DNA of 64,000 nucleotides from an uncultured Candidatus Saccharibacteria bacterium (lineage in GTDB: Bacteria > Patescibacteriota > Saccharimonadia > Saccharimonadales > CAZICT01), in the NCBI GenBank assembly GCA_964537935.1, contig CAZICT010000004.1:24760-88759 (forward strand), in the 5' to 3' direction. The notes beneath the pieces were generated by a model. That model was given only the letters and a program-made list of their open reading frames with translations. It ran no database searches and was not told the origin of the DNA. The position numbers were made by a program, and so were the translations under genes. Positions 9,281 through 20,255 of the stretch are shown piece after piece (position 1 is the first letter of the stretch; every line of letters starts with the position of its first letter).

Positions 9281-10729
9281 ATGAACTATTACGTAACAAC
9301 ATCAATTCCTTATGTAAACGGCGATCCCCATATCGGCTTTGGTATGGAGCTATTGCAGGCTGATATTTTGGCGCGTTACGCCAGACAACAGGGAAAGCCG
9401 GTAATTTTTTCTACCGGCACAGACGAGCATGGCGGTAAGGTAGCCGAAAAAGCCAAGGCCAATAATCTTTCTCCACAAGCTTATGCCGATCAAATAAGCA
9501 ATAAGTTTCGTGATCTGGCCAAGGTAATCAACGCCAGTAATAACCGCTTTATTAGAACTACCGATCCAGGACACGAACAGCGGGCGCAGCTTATCTGGAA
9601 AGCGCTAGCCAGTGATATCTATAAAAGTTCTTACGTTGGCTTGTACTGCTCGGGATGCGAGGAATTTGTAACCGAAAAGGTGGCAAAAGAAAATAACGGT
9701 ATTTGCCCTAACCATAATCGACCCTACGAAAAAATCGAAGAAGAAAATTACTTCTTTAAACTCAGTAAATACGGTCCGCAAATCGAGAAGGCAATTGCCG
9801 AAGGCAGCTTCAAGGTAGTGCCTGCTTCCAAGAAGCGCGAGATTCTAAATGTCATAAAAGACGGCCTTGAGGACATCAGCATTAGTCGCCCTAAAGAGAA
9901 GATTTCTTGGGGCGTGCCGGTTCCTGATGATGATTCTCAGGTCATGTATGTCTGGTTTGAGGCGTTAATGAATTATATTACCGTGCTCGGTTACCCAGAA
10001 CATGAAGATTTCAAGAATTTTTGGCCGGCTAACGTTCAGGTTGTCGGAAAGGATATTTTGCGGTTCCACGCGGCTATTTGGCCGGGAATTCTATTGGGCC
10101 TTGGAATTCCGCTGCCAAAAGTATTGTATGTGCACGGATTTATTAATGTCGAAAGCCAAAAGATAAGCAAAAGTCTCGGCAACGTAATCCACCCCAAACA
10201 GATTGTTGACGAGTATGGTGTCGATGCTTTCCGCTACTATTTTGCGCGCCACATTCCAGCTTACGAAGATGGGGACTTCAGTTGGGAAAAACTCCACGAA
10301 GCCTACAACAATGAGCTTGCTAATGAGCTCGGTAATGCCGTTCAGCGCACAGTAGCAATGATCAAGCAATACCAGCACGGTATCATCGGCGATATTCCGC
10401 CGGCTAACCACGATGCTGCCAAATATCATGAAGCGCTTGAAAATTGTAAGTTTGACCGTGCGCTCGAAGAGGCATGGAATCGAGTGCGGGGCCTTAATCA
10501 ATACATCGAAGAAACAAAGCCCTGGCAAATTAACAAAGACGGCGATACAGACCACTTGCGCGAAGTCTTAGCTTACCAGGCAGGGAGCCTGGTGGAGATT
10601 GCCGACTTGCTGCTACCGTTTTTGCCCGATACTGCCCAGAAAATCCGCCGTATCTTTGAAGATGGTGTTATTCGAGAGCTTGATGGCACTTTATTTCCTC
10701 GAAAAGAATCTTTACCTGCCGTTTCTTAA
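9281..10729 (+). CDS. metG: methionyl-tRNA synthetase
   Basis: Class I signature PYVNGDPHIGF (HIGH) and KISKSLGN (KMSKS). It also has a CxxC...CP zinc knuckle region (CSGCEEF...CPNH) and MetRS-type collinearity. AAGAGG RBS. Confidence 0.93.
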   Translation: MNYYVTTSIPYVNGDPHIGFGMELLQADILARYARQQGKPVIFSTGTDEHGGKVAEKAKANNLSPQAYADQISNKFRDLAKVINASNNRFIRTTDPGHEQRAQLIWKALASDIYKSSYVGLYCSGCEEFVTEKVAKENNGICPNHNRPYEKIEEENYFFKLSKYGPQIEKAIAEGSFKVVPASKKREILNVIKDGLEDISISRPKEKISWGVPVPDDDSQVMYVWFEALMNYITVLGYPEHEDFKNFWPANVQVVGKDILRFHAAIWPGILLGLGIPLPKVLYVHGFINVESQKISKSLGNVIHPKQIVDEYGVDAFRYYFARHIPAYEDGDFSWEKLHEAYNNELANELGNAVQRTVAMIKQYQHGIIGDIPPANHDAAKYHEALENCKFDRALEEAWNRVRGLNQYIEETKPWQINKDGDTDHLREVLAYQAGSLVEIADLLLPFLPDTAQKIRRIFEDGVIRELDGTLFPRKESLPAVS

Positions 10730-10741
10730 AAATAAAAAACA

Positions 10742-10781
10742 CCCTTCTCATAAGGGCGCTGTCTCTTAAAGTTGAAGAGAC
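10742..10781 (+). terminator. two small hairpins downstream of metG
   Basis: CCCTT-ctcat-AAGGG is followed by GTCTCTT-aaagttg-AAGAGAC, beginning 13 nt after the metG stop. There is no clear U-tract. Confidence 0.35.
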
Positions 10782-10815
10782 AAGAGCGTGATGTATATGG
10801 GAAATGAAATTGAGT

Positions 10816-10864
10816 GGTGGGGGTCCGCTAGCAGATGCTAGGACAAATGCAGCGGACCACCACC
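10816..10864. terminator. long hairpin between convergent genes (bidirectional terminator candidate)
   Basis: GGTGGGGGTCCGCT (10816-10829) pairs with AGCGGACCACCACC (10851-10864) at 13 of 14 bp. The loop region contains a nested CTAGC/GCTAG pair that overlaps the last two nt of the 5' arm. It sits between the 3' ends of metG (+) and 10869-11264 (-). Confidence 0.45.
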
Positions 10865-10868
10865 AATT

Positions 10869-11264
10869 CTATCTCCTTGGATCACTAACCATCATCCATA
10901 GTACAGAGAGCACAGTTAACAAGATATAAATGATGAACCAGTTATCTTTAGCTACCTCAAGCCAGTCTATCGAAGCAGGTTGCTGTGAGGAAGCGGAGTT
11001 ATCAACGTTGGTGCTGACTTGTGTGATGGCGCTGCAGTGTTCACTGTAGAGCGGGTCTGTGTTGTTGGCACAGAACTCTTCCGGAGAAGAGACTTGTACC
11101 TCGGCCGGCACTGCAGTAGCATGCGGATCGACATATGTCTCGGTACCGCACAAATCGGCGGACTCCATGCATGCATCGGCGCTGTCGACCAATCCGAAGA
11201 TGGCCAAGACGGTGATCACGAGGACCACAACCACACGCACGGTGTTGCGCAGGGAAGCATTCAT
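10869..11264 (-). CDS. small Cys-containing membrane/exported protein, unknown function
   Basis: N-terminal signal anchor VRVVVVLVITVLAIFGLV, four Cys in the middle region, and a C-terminal TM helix WFIIYILLTVLSVLWMMV. Confidence 0.55.
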   Translation of the reverse strand: MNASLRNTVRVVVVLVITVLAIFGLVDSADACMESADLCGTETYVDPHATAVPAEVQVSSPEEFCANNTDPLYSEHCSAITQVSTNVDNSASSQQPASIDWLEVAKDNWFIIYILLTVLSVLWMMVSDPRR

Positions 11265-11493
11265 TTCAACGTACTCCTCACGAGTTCGGGAACTTACGGA
11301 GATCTAGTGTTTAGTCAAAAACAATACATCTCCGCAAGCTCGGATACCGAACGGGAGTAACATTCACTCTCTTGTCAATGTACAGCTAGGAGCATCTGCT
11401 CGACTAACCAACTATATATTAGCATAAACACAATAAAAAGTCAATATACATATAGTTTTAAAACAGGGGTGTGGCGCGTTATACTAAAATCCT

Positions 11494-12312
11494 ATGCAAC
11501 TGATTGATACACATTGTCACATCCATGAAATTACCGGCGATGATACCAGTGATTATTCGGTGAGCGTCAAATGGCATAAGGCGGGCATTACCGATGCAAA
11601 AGAGGTCATTGATACGGCCACAGCGGCGGGTGTATCAACTATGATTTGCGTTGGCACAACGCTTAGTGACAGTAAACTAGCGGTAAATTTTGCCCAGAAA
11701 CAGCCAAAATGTGTGGCCAGCATCGGAATCCACCCCCATGAAGCACAGGTATTTAATAACCAAAGCGGTGCCTGCAAAGAACTGGAGACCTTAGCTTCAT
11801 CCAAAAAAGTGGTGGCCATAGGCGAATGTGGACTGGATTATTATTACAATCATTCTCCTAAGCAGGTACAAAAAGAAGTTTTAGAGTTCCAGCTTGACGT
11901 TGCTTCCAGGCATTCTTTGCCAGTAATTTTTCATGTTCGGGATGCTTTCGATGATTTTTGGCCTATCTTTGATAATTTTACAGGTTTGAAAGGAGTGATT
12001 CACAGTTTTACGGCAAATACGTCAGTACTCACTCAAAGCTTAAAGCGTAATCTATTAATTGGGCTTAACGGAATTATGACTTTTACCAAAGATAAAAAGC
12101 AGCTTGAAGCGGCCAGGACAGTGCCGATTGAGAGTCTTGTGCTTGAAACCGATGCACCTTTCTTGACCCCTGTACCATTACGTGGTACAATTTGTGAACC
12201 GAAACACGTGAGGGTTGTAGCGGAGTTTTTGAGCCGACTCAGGGATGAGCAGCTTGAAGTTATTGCTTCCAAAACAACCAATAACGCACGTAAGTTATTT
12301 AATCTACCATGA
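11494..12312 (+). CDS. tatD: TatD-family metal-dependent hydrolase/DNase
   Basis: IDTHCHI, GECGLDYYY, IFHVRDA, VIHSF and LETDAPFL blocks typical of TatD. Confidence 0.9.
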   Translation: MQLIDTHCHIHEITGDDTSDYSVSVKWHKAGITDAKEVIDTATAAGVSTMICVGTTLSDSKLAVNFAQKQPKCVASIGIHPHEAQVFNNQSGACKELETLASSKKVVAIGECGLDYYYNHSPKQVQKEVLEFQLDVASRHSLPVIFHVRDAFDDFWPIFDNFTGLKGVIHSFTANTSVLTQSLKRNLLIGLNGIMTFTKDKKQLEAARTVPIESLVLETDAPFLTPVPLRGTICEPKHVRVVAEFLSRLRDEQLEVIASKTTNNARKLFNLP

Positions 12313-12686
12313 TCAACATATTTGATAAATCACCGGAAACCCAACCTAAGACCCCAGAGTTTATTACTGAACGTTTGGGGGTTATTAATACGCTTGTAAT
12401 GAACACGGAGACTGCTTTTTTGGCCTATCCTGTACCTGCCTCTCAGGAAGTAGCTGATTATGAAGCTCGAGAGAAAACCACAGATGACGATATAGCTGAA
12501 ATTCAGCGTCAAACAGAGATAGCCAGACTTAACAAGCAAGTCAATGTAACTGAGTCTGAAGTTAGAAAACCGCTATCAACAAACGAGCAAGCTCCCAAGC
12601 CGCTTGATTTAGAGCAACAGCGTCAAGCTGTCGACGCGGCGTACCGAAGCGTAGAAGCCCAAAATCCTCTGTTTGAAAGGTCATAA
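12309..12686 (+). CDS. hypothetical protein
   Basis: Start overlaps the tatD stop (ATGA). 125 aa, acidic. I recognised no motif. Confidence 0.5.
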   Translation: MINIFDKSPETQPKTPEFITERLGVINTLVMNTETAFLAYPVPASQEVADYEAREKTTDDDIAEIQRQTEIARLNKQVNVTESEVRKPLSTNEQAPKPLDLEQQRQAVDAAYRSVEAQNPLFERS

Positions 12687-12688
12687 CT

Positions 12689-13057
12689 ATGCTTAAAAAA
12701 ATATTGAACGGTATCATCAACCAAAGGTCCGAACAACGCCGGACAGAGCTTTATAGAAGCTTAATTCGACATGAGGCACGGATAGGCGGACAGTTATTCG
12801 GAGCAGTCAAGCCCGGTGGGCGCAGGGAATTCTTTTGCCTTGACGAGCACGCTTGGGTATGGCACGAAGAATGGATTGATGAAAAAGGTCAACGCCAGAT
12901 AAAAACCACTAGGTATGACATTCGTCCAAACGGTATAGTTAAAGTTCAAAACGGTACTTATAGTTCAGTCAGCCGTCAAGAAGCCCAACGATTACTGCAA
13001 GCGGCACGAGCATATCGTGACCGGGTGAGCAGCGAACTGTATTCTTTTGCTGGATAA
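12689..13057 (+). CDS. hypothetical protein
   Basis: 122 aa, starting 2 nt after the previous stop. Basic, with no recognised motif. Confidence 0.5.
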   Translation: MLKKILNGIINQRSEQRRTELYRSLIRHEARIGGQLFGAVKPGGRREFFCLDEHAWVWHEEWIDEKGQRQIKTTRYDIRPNGIVKVQNGTYSSVSRQEAQRLLQAARAYRDRVSSELYSFAG

Positions 13058-13087
13058 CCAACGCTTCATTAAGCTACTCTTACACAT

Positions 13088-14227
13088 ATGAAAACGATAT
13101 ATCTTGATCACGCGGCCGCAACCCCGGTGTTACCGGAAGTGCTCGAAGCAATGCTGCCATACATGAGCGAGCGATTTTATAACCCTTCGGCACTCTATTT
13201 AGCGGCCAAATCGGTGCACAGGGATATTGCAGACGCCCGGGCAAAAATAGCCGGCTGGCTGGGGGCACGACCCAGTGAGATTGTTTTTACTGCCGGCGGC
13301 ACGGAATCGGACAACCTGGCAATACACGGTGTAATGAGTCGCTACCCGAACGCTAACGTGGTTTTCAGCGGTATTGAACATGATGCAGTGCTTAACGCCG
13401 CCAAGCAACACAACTACAGCCAGGCACCGGTTAACCCACAGGGAATAATCAAGTTAAATGAGTTGGCAGATACCGTTAATGATCAAACCGTACTTGTAAG
13501 CGTAATTTATGCCAGTAACGAGATAGGCACCATACAGCCCCTCAAGCAAGTTGCTAAGCTGATCAAGGATATCAGATTAAAGCGGCGAAAATCCGGCAAT
13601 GACCTCCCGATTTACCTGCATACCGATGCAAGCCAGGCCGCTAATTACCTGGATCTGCACGTTTCCAGATTGGGTGTCGATTTAATGACCTTGAACGCCG
13701 GCAAGATATATGGCCCAAAGCAATGCGGTGCGCTGTATGTAAGTAGCTCAGTCGAATTAAGTCCGCAAATTCATGGCGGCGGTCAAGAGAGAGGACTTAG
13801 AAGCGGCACGGAAAATCCGGCGCAAATCATAGGATTTGCACGGGCACTGGATATTGTTCAGTCTTCAAGAGAAGATGAAAGCTTACGGCTCGCAAAGCTC
13901 CAGCAGCTTTTTATGTCCGAATTGGCACAGAAAGTTCCGCAAGCGGTAATTAACGGAAGTACAAAATATCGTTTACCCAATAATGTGCATGTAACTTTTC
14001 CCGGTCATGACAACGAACGGCTGTTAATGGAGCTCGATGAAGCCGGAATCATTTGTGCTGTCGGTTCGGCGTGCAGCGCCAGCAACGAAGAACCGTCGCA
14101 TGTACTCAAGGCGATCGGCCTAACCGACGCAGAGGCTCAGGCAAGTCTACGCTTTACTATGGGAAGGCAAACTTCTGAAGCTGATATTTTAAAAACTGTG
14201 GATAAACTGGCTGTTATTACAGTCTAA
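13088..14227 (+). CDS. cysteine desulfurase (NifS/IscS family, class V aminotransferase)
   Basis: IYLDHAATP-type N-terminus, SNEIGTIQP, HTDASQA, a PLP-lysine context NAGKIYGPK, RSGTEN, and an active-site Cys loop VGSACSAS. Confidence 0.9.
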   Translation: MKTIYLDHAAATPVLPEVLEAMLPYMSERFYNPSALYLAAKSVHRDIADARAKIAGWLGARPSEIVFTAGGTESDNLAIHGVMSRYPNANVVFSGIEHDAVLNAAKQHNYSQAPVNPQGIIKLNELADTVNDQTVLVSVIYASNEIGTIQPLKQVAKLIKDIRLKRRKSGNDLPIYLHTDASQAANYLDLHVSRLGVDLMTLNAGKIYGPKQCGALYVSSSVELSPQIHGGGQERGLRSGTENPAQIIGFARALDIVQSSREDESLRLAKLQQLFMSELAQKVPQAVINGSTKYRLPNNVHVTFPGHDNERLLMELDEAGIICAVGSACSASNEEPSHVLKAIGLTDAEAQASLRFTMGRQTSEADILKTVDKLAVITV

Positions 14228-14230
14228 ATT

Positions 14231-14258
14231 TTGTACTGACCTCTTTTTTAGCTATACT
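14231..14258 (+). promoter_or_regulatory. candidate promoter of the ATPase-like operon (TTGTAC-16-TATACT)
   Basis: -35-like TTGTAC (14231-14236) and -10-like TATACT (14253-14258), 22 nt upstream of the 14280 ATG. Confidence 0.4.
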
Positions 14259-14279
14259 TACCGCTAAAGCTTAAATGTC

Positions 14280-15131
14280 ATGTACAAGACAAAAATACGA
14301 AACCTTATAACACCTACGCGCATAGCAGCCTTACTGGGGCTTTCACTTTTGGTTGTACTCAGTGTTGCTTTTCCGTTATCCGGACAAGCCAACTTCACCC
14401 AAGGCTTTGGAGCCGATTCGGTACTTCAAAAGGGAATGATTGTGCGTTTGCAAGAAGACGACACCAGCAAAGTCAAGCCTTTGAGCTTTGACGAAATGGA
14501 AGAAATGTACGGTGTTGTGGTGAGCCCCAATGACGCGCCGGTAACGCTTTCGTCTGAAGGCCAAAAAGTGTTCGTGGCGACAGCAGGAAAATATGATGTG
14601 CTTGTCAGCAGCCAGAACGGTCCGATAAATGCGGGCGATTACATAACGATATCAGCTTTTAACGGCATTGGCATGAAGGCTGGAGACAGGGAGCCGGTGG
14701 TAGTGGGGCGGGCACTTACGAGTTATGATGGCGAGCAGGGAACAATCAGCACGGCTGATGTAACAGATGCTGAAGGAAATCAAAAGCAAGTGGCAATCAG
14801 CCGAATTGCCGCTGATATCTCAGTTTCGCGTAATCCGCTGCTGAAAGCCGAAGAGCCGAACATACCGGAAATCCTACGGCGGGCCAGTGAAGCGATTGCC
14901 GGCAAGCCAGTCGATCCGGTAAGAGTTTACATTGCTGTAATCGTATTCCTGATAAGTACTTTTGTAGCCGGCACTCTGTTATACGGCGGTGTTAGAAGCG
15001 GTATTATATCTATCGGTCGTAATCCGCTAAGCAAAAAATCAATTATTCGCGGCATGCTCCAAGTCGTTTTAGTGGGCTTAACCATTTTCATAAGCGGTTT
15101 ATTTGGGGTATATTTAATACTAAGATTATAA
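14280..15131 (+). CDS. exported protein with C-terminal subunit-c-like TM hairpin (no carboxylate), first gene of ATPase-like operon
   Basis: N-terminal signal/anchor IAALLGLSLLVVLSVAF, a beta-rich ectodomain of about 190 aa, then the TM-loop-TM stretch VYIAVIVFLISTFVAGTLLYGGVRSGIISIGRNPLSKKSIIRGMLQVVLVGLTIFISGLFGVYLILRL. It ends 27 nt before the b-like gene. Confidence 0.6.
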   Translation: MYKTKIRNLITPTRIAALLGLSLLVVLSVAFPLSGQANFTQGFGADSVLQKGMIVRLQEDDTSKVKPLSFDEMEEMYGVVVSPNDAPVTLSSEGQKVFVATAGKYDVLVSSQNGPINAGDYITISAFNGIGMKAGDREPVVVGRALTSYDGEQGTISTADVTDAEGNQKQVAISRIAADISVSRNPLLKAEEPNIPEILRRASEAIAGKPVDPVRVYIAVIVFLISTFVAGTLLYGGVRSGIISIGRNPLSKKSIIRGMLQVVLVGLTIFISGLFGVYLILRL

Positions 15132-15158
15132 AACGATTAAAGGTGGGTATATCGTCTC

Positions 15159-15776
15159 ATGAATATTTGGATGCTCATAGCAATATTAGCAAGCATATTT
15201 GCGTGCGCCGGAGCATTCATTTGGCTTGCGCTGAAGCTAAGCAATAGCCATCAGTCCGGAAATGCCATCGATGTCCTGACAGAGAGGGCGGAAGCCGATG
15301 TTGAGCATATATTCAACGACGAGTTCCGCGAAGAGCTTCGTAACCGCGGGCGGCTTCACTTCGAAAAGATCATTGGTGAAAACGCGATGTTCCTCCAGCA
15401 GGATCTGCGCCTTACTACTTCTCAGCTCAACGAGTTCATGAAGACCGAGATTACCCGGAAGCTGCAGGATGAGTTTACTAAGTACGAAGAATCCATAACT
15501 GATGCAAAGCAGCTGGCTATCGAATCGATTTCAAAGACCCAAGAGGCCATCGAACAGCAACGGCAGATGATGGGCCAGCAACTGTTACAAGAAATTGAAA
15601 ACGAGAAAAAGCGCATGGTGGCGCGGTTTGAAGAAAACATGGCCGATATCGTTAACCATTACGTGTTGGCGGCTATCGGCGACCAGATTGACTTAAATGA
15701 CCAGCTTGAATACATCCTCCAGGATTTGGAAACCAATAAATCAGCGATCATTCGGGATATAAGTGATGGAGCATAA
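15159..15776 (+). CDS. atpF: F-type ATPase subunit b-like (single TM + long coiled coil)
   Basis: N-terminal TM helix IWMLIAILASIFACAGAFIWLAL followed by about 170 aa of charged helical sequence. Its position immediately upstream of the delta-like gene supports the call. It is assigned by architecture and synteny, not by motif. Confidence 0.6.
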   Translation: MNIWMLIAILASIFACAGAFIWLALKLSNSHQSGNAIDVLTERAEADVEHIFNDEFREELRNRGRLHFEKIIGENAMFLQQDLRLTTSQLNEFMKTEITRKLQDEFTKYEESITDAKQLAIESISKTQEAIEQQRQMMGQQLLQEIENEKKRMVARFEENMADIVNHYVLAAIGDQIDLNDQLEYILQDLETNKSAIIRDISDGA

Positions 15777-16281
15777 CAGTCCGGTGTTGTTATTGCCAAT
15801 AGGGATAGTCGGCAAGATAGATGTCGGCCGTTTGTTGCGTGAAGTCCAGGCTCTTAACGAATTCATGGACCAGGCGGCTATCAGGCAACCCGGTACACCG
15901 ATGCAGCTTCCTAAAAGCAGCCGGTTGATGGATGAGATTATCCAGCTTAATAAGCTCAACATGCTTCAGACTAATGATCGAAGGCGGCTGTTGGAGTTTC
16001 TAAAGGCGGTGCAAGATCAAGCTCCGGTACTGCATATGAGCTTCAGCGCTGACCCTTCGCCGCATTTTCTCAACCGTCTCATGAAATACCTGCGTGAAGA
16101 GATTCATCCCCTGGTACTGCTGCAAGTAGGCTTGCAGCCAAACATAGGTGCCGGCTGTATCCTTAGGACGACAAATAAGTATTTTGACTTCAGCCTTCGC
16201 CAGCATCTGAAACAAAAGCAAGACGTATTAATGCGGACATTACGCGGTGCGGTTCAGGCAAACCAGGAGGCAGCTAAGTGA
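15763..16281 (+). CDS. atpH: F-type ATPase subunit delta (OSCP)-like
   Basis: Overlaps the b-like gene by 14 nt. The C-terminal block [34 protein letters not shown] resembles the OSCP C-terminus (v..vdp.liGG..i..gd...D.S....L). It sits directly before alpha. Confidence 0.6.
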   Translation: MMEHNSPVLLLPIGIVGKIDVGRLLREVQALNEFMDQAAIRQPGTPMQLPKSSRLMDEIIQLNKLNMLQTNDRRRLLEFLKAVQDQAPVLHMSFSADPSPHFLNRLMKYLREEIHPLVLLQVGLQPNIGAGCILRTTNKYFDFSLRQHLKQKQDVLMRTLRGAVQANQEAAK

Positions 16282-17711
16282 GTGTGACCGGTAACCAACA
16301 CTTCGATAGTCTTGTATCCAAGGGTAATCCTGTCGGAGAAGTAGTTGCGGTTGATAAATTTCTGGTTACCGCAACCGGCTTGCAACCTTGTGCTATCCAC
16401 AGTCTCGTAATGTTCGAGGATGGCAGCAAGGGCTTTGTTCATCAGGTGCTTTCTGACAAGGTAATAATTTTGCACCTTGGGAGCGACCCGTTAACTATCG
16501 GACAAGTCGCCGTTATTCAGCACCAGGAACTGGTAAGCAAAGTCGGCAAAGATTTCATAGGCCGGGTTGTTTCGGTAACCGGCGAGCCGTTAGACGGCAA
16601 AGGGCCGATTGCCGCGGATGCGGTCTGGCCAGTATTCAATACCGCCCCGCCTTTGTATGAGCGTAAACTCCTTAGCGATCAGCTGGAAAGCGGCGTGACA
16701 GCCGTCGATGCATTGTTTCCGATAGTGCGCGGGCAGCGCATGGCGCTTTTAGGCGACAGTAAATCAGGTAAAAGTACGCTGGTAACCCAGCTTACGATTA
16801 ACCAAAAAAATACCGATCAGGTGGTGGTTTATGCTCTTATAGCCAAGCGGCGCACCGATGTTGACGAATTGCTGTCTCGGCTTCAGGAATCCGGAGGTCT
16901 TGAAAAGGCGATAGTAATCGTATCAACGATGTTTGAATCTTTAATCATGAGCTATTTGGCGCCGTACGTAGCTTGCGCTATGGCTGAATATCTTTGGCAA
17001 AAATGTGAACAGGACACAATTATAATTTACGACGACTTAACCAGCCACGCCCATGCTTACCGCGAAGTAGCCTTGCTTTCCGGTGTCAGCCCGGGGCGCG
17101 ACTCGTATCCTGGTGACATGTTCTATGCTCACTCCAGTCTTTTGGAGCGCGCTGGCCGACTCGATAAAACCGGTAAGCACCTGACAAGCATTCCAGTGGT
17201 CAACGCGGCCGGCGGCGATATAACGGCCTACCTGCCAACCAATATTATGTCAATTACCGATGGTCAGTGGATATTGGATATGGAGATCTTCCGTAACGGT
17301 ATTCGGCCGGCACTTAACATCGGTCTAAGTGTGACGCGTGCCGGTGGTATCGGCCATAACAAGCGTCAAAAGGCCCTGGCGTCGCAAACCCTTAAGCTGC
17401 TGGCGGATTATCGCCAGGCGGAAGAGTTCTCGCACTTCGGTTCGGAATTGGCACTGGAGGCCAAAAAAGCCCTGGAAACCGGTAAGCGGTTATTTGAGCT
17501 GTTTACCCAGGCCCCAGGCGATACTTTTTCTCTGACAGCCCAACAGATGATGCTTGATATAGTGTTAAACCTTGAGGATGGAGCGAATGTCGATGTCAGT
17601 GCCCTCAAGCTCAACGTCAAAGATTATGCCAGCAAAGTGACTAAAGACGAAGATTACGAGGCTTTACGAGATCAGCTTAAAGCTAAAGCAGCCGTGGAGA
17701 TTAAGAAGTAA
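16278..17711 (+). CDS. atpA: F1 ATPase alpha subunit (divergent)
   Basis: P-loop GDSKSGKST (canonical GDRQTGKT), [54 protein letters not shown], and [15 protein letters not shown]. It is collinear with bacterial alpha subunits. Confidence 0.88.
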   Translation: MSVTGNQHFDSLVSKGNPVGEVVAVDKFLVTATGLQPCAIHSLVMFEDGSKGFVHQVLSDKVIILHLGSDPLTIGQVAVIQHQELVSKVGKDFIGRVVSVTGEPLDGKGPIAADAVWPVFNTAPPLYERKLLSDQLESGVTAVDALFPIVRGQRMALLGDSKSGKSTLVTQLTINQKNTDQVVVYALIAKRRTDVDELLSRLQESGGLEKAIVIVSTMFESLIMSYLAPYVACAMAEYLWQKCEQDTIIIYDDLTSHAHAYREVALLSGVSPGRDSYPGDMFYAHSSLLERAGRLDKTGKHLTSIPVVNAAGGDITAYLPTNIMSITDGQWILDMEIFRNGIRPALNIGLSVTRAGGIGHNKRQKALASQTLKLLADYRQAEEFSHFGSELALEAKKALETGKRLFELFTQAPGDTFSLTAQQMMLDIVLNLEDGANVDVSALKLNVKDYASKVTKDEDYEALRDQLKAKAAVEIKK

Positions 17712-17712
17712 T

Positions 17713-19871
<2,159 letters not shown>

Positions 19872-19896
19872 GCTTTTTCCTAAGGATTTTTAATAC

Positions 19897-20202
19897 ATGG
19901 CTAACGAAAGCGGACAAACGGTTATAGAAAAGAAAGAAGAGAAGCCGGCCAGCGACGGTGTCCATATGCACGTCAAAGTCTATGCTCCATTCAAGGTGTA
20001 TTTTGACGATACGGCACTGAGTATTTCGGCCGCTAACGCTACAGGTCCGTTTGATATCCTGCCAAAACACCATAATTTTATGACCCTGCTGAGTGAATGC
20101 GAGATTATTATTCGAACAGAGCAACGCGAAGAAAAAATAAAGATTAACCGCGGGATTATGCACGTCAAGGCTGATGAAGTCGTGGTTTTCCTTGACGTTT
20201 GA
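19897..20202 (+). CDS. atpC: F1 ATPase epsilon subunit, beta-sandwich domain only
   Basis: 101 aa. GPFDILPKHHNFMTLL and INRGIMHVKADEVVVFLDV match the epsilon N-terminal domain. The protein ends where the C-terminal helical hairpin would begin. Confidence 0.7.
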   Translation: MANESGQTVIEKKEEKPASDGVHMHVKVYAPFKVYFDDTALSISAANATGPFDILPKHHNFMTLLSECEIIIRTEQREEKIKINRGIMHVKADEVVVFLDV

Positions 20203-20255
20203 GTTTTATCTCCATACCGTTTACGATTAGTTTGAGTACTAAGAAATAAAAAACC

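Noticed and set aside
10091-10555. 154-aa minus-strand ORF inside metG
   Set aside because: It is antisense to the clear MetRS coding sequence and is not supported by motif or context.
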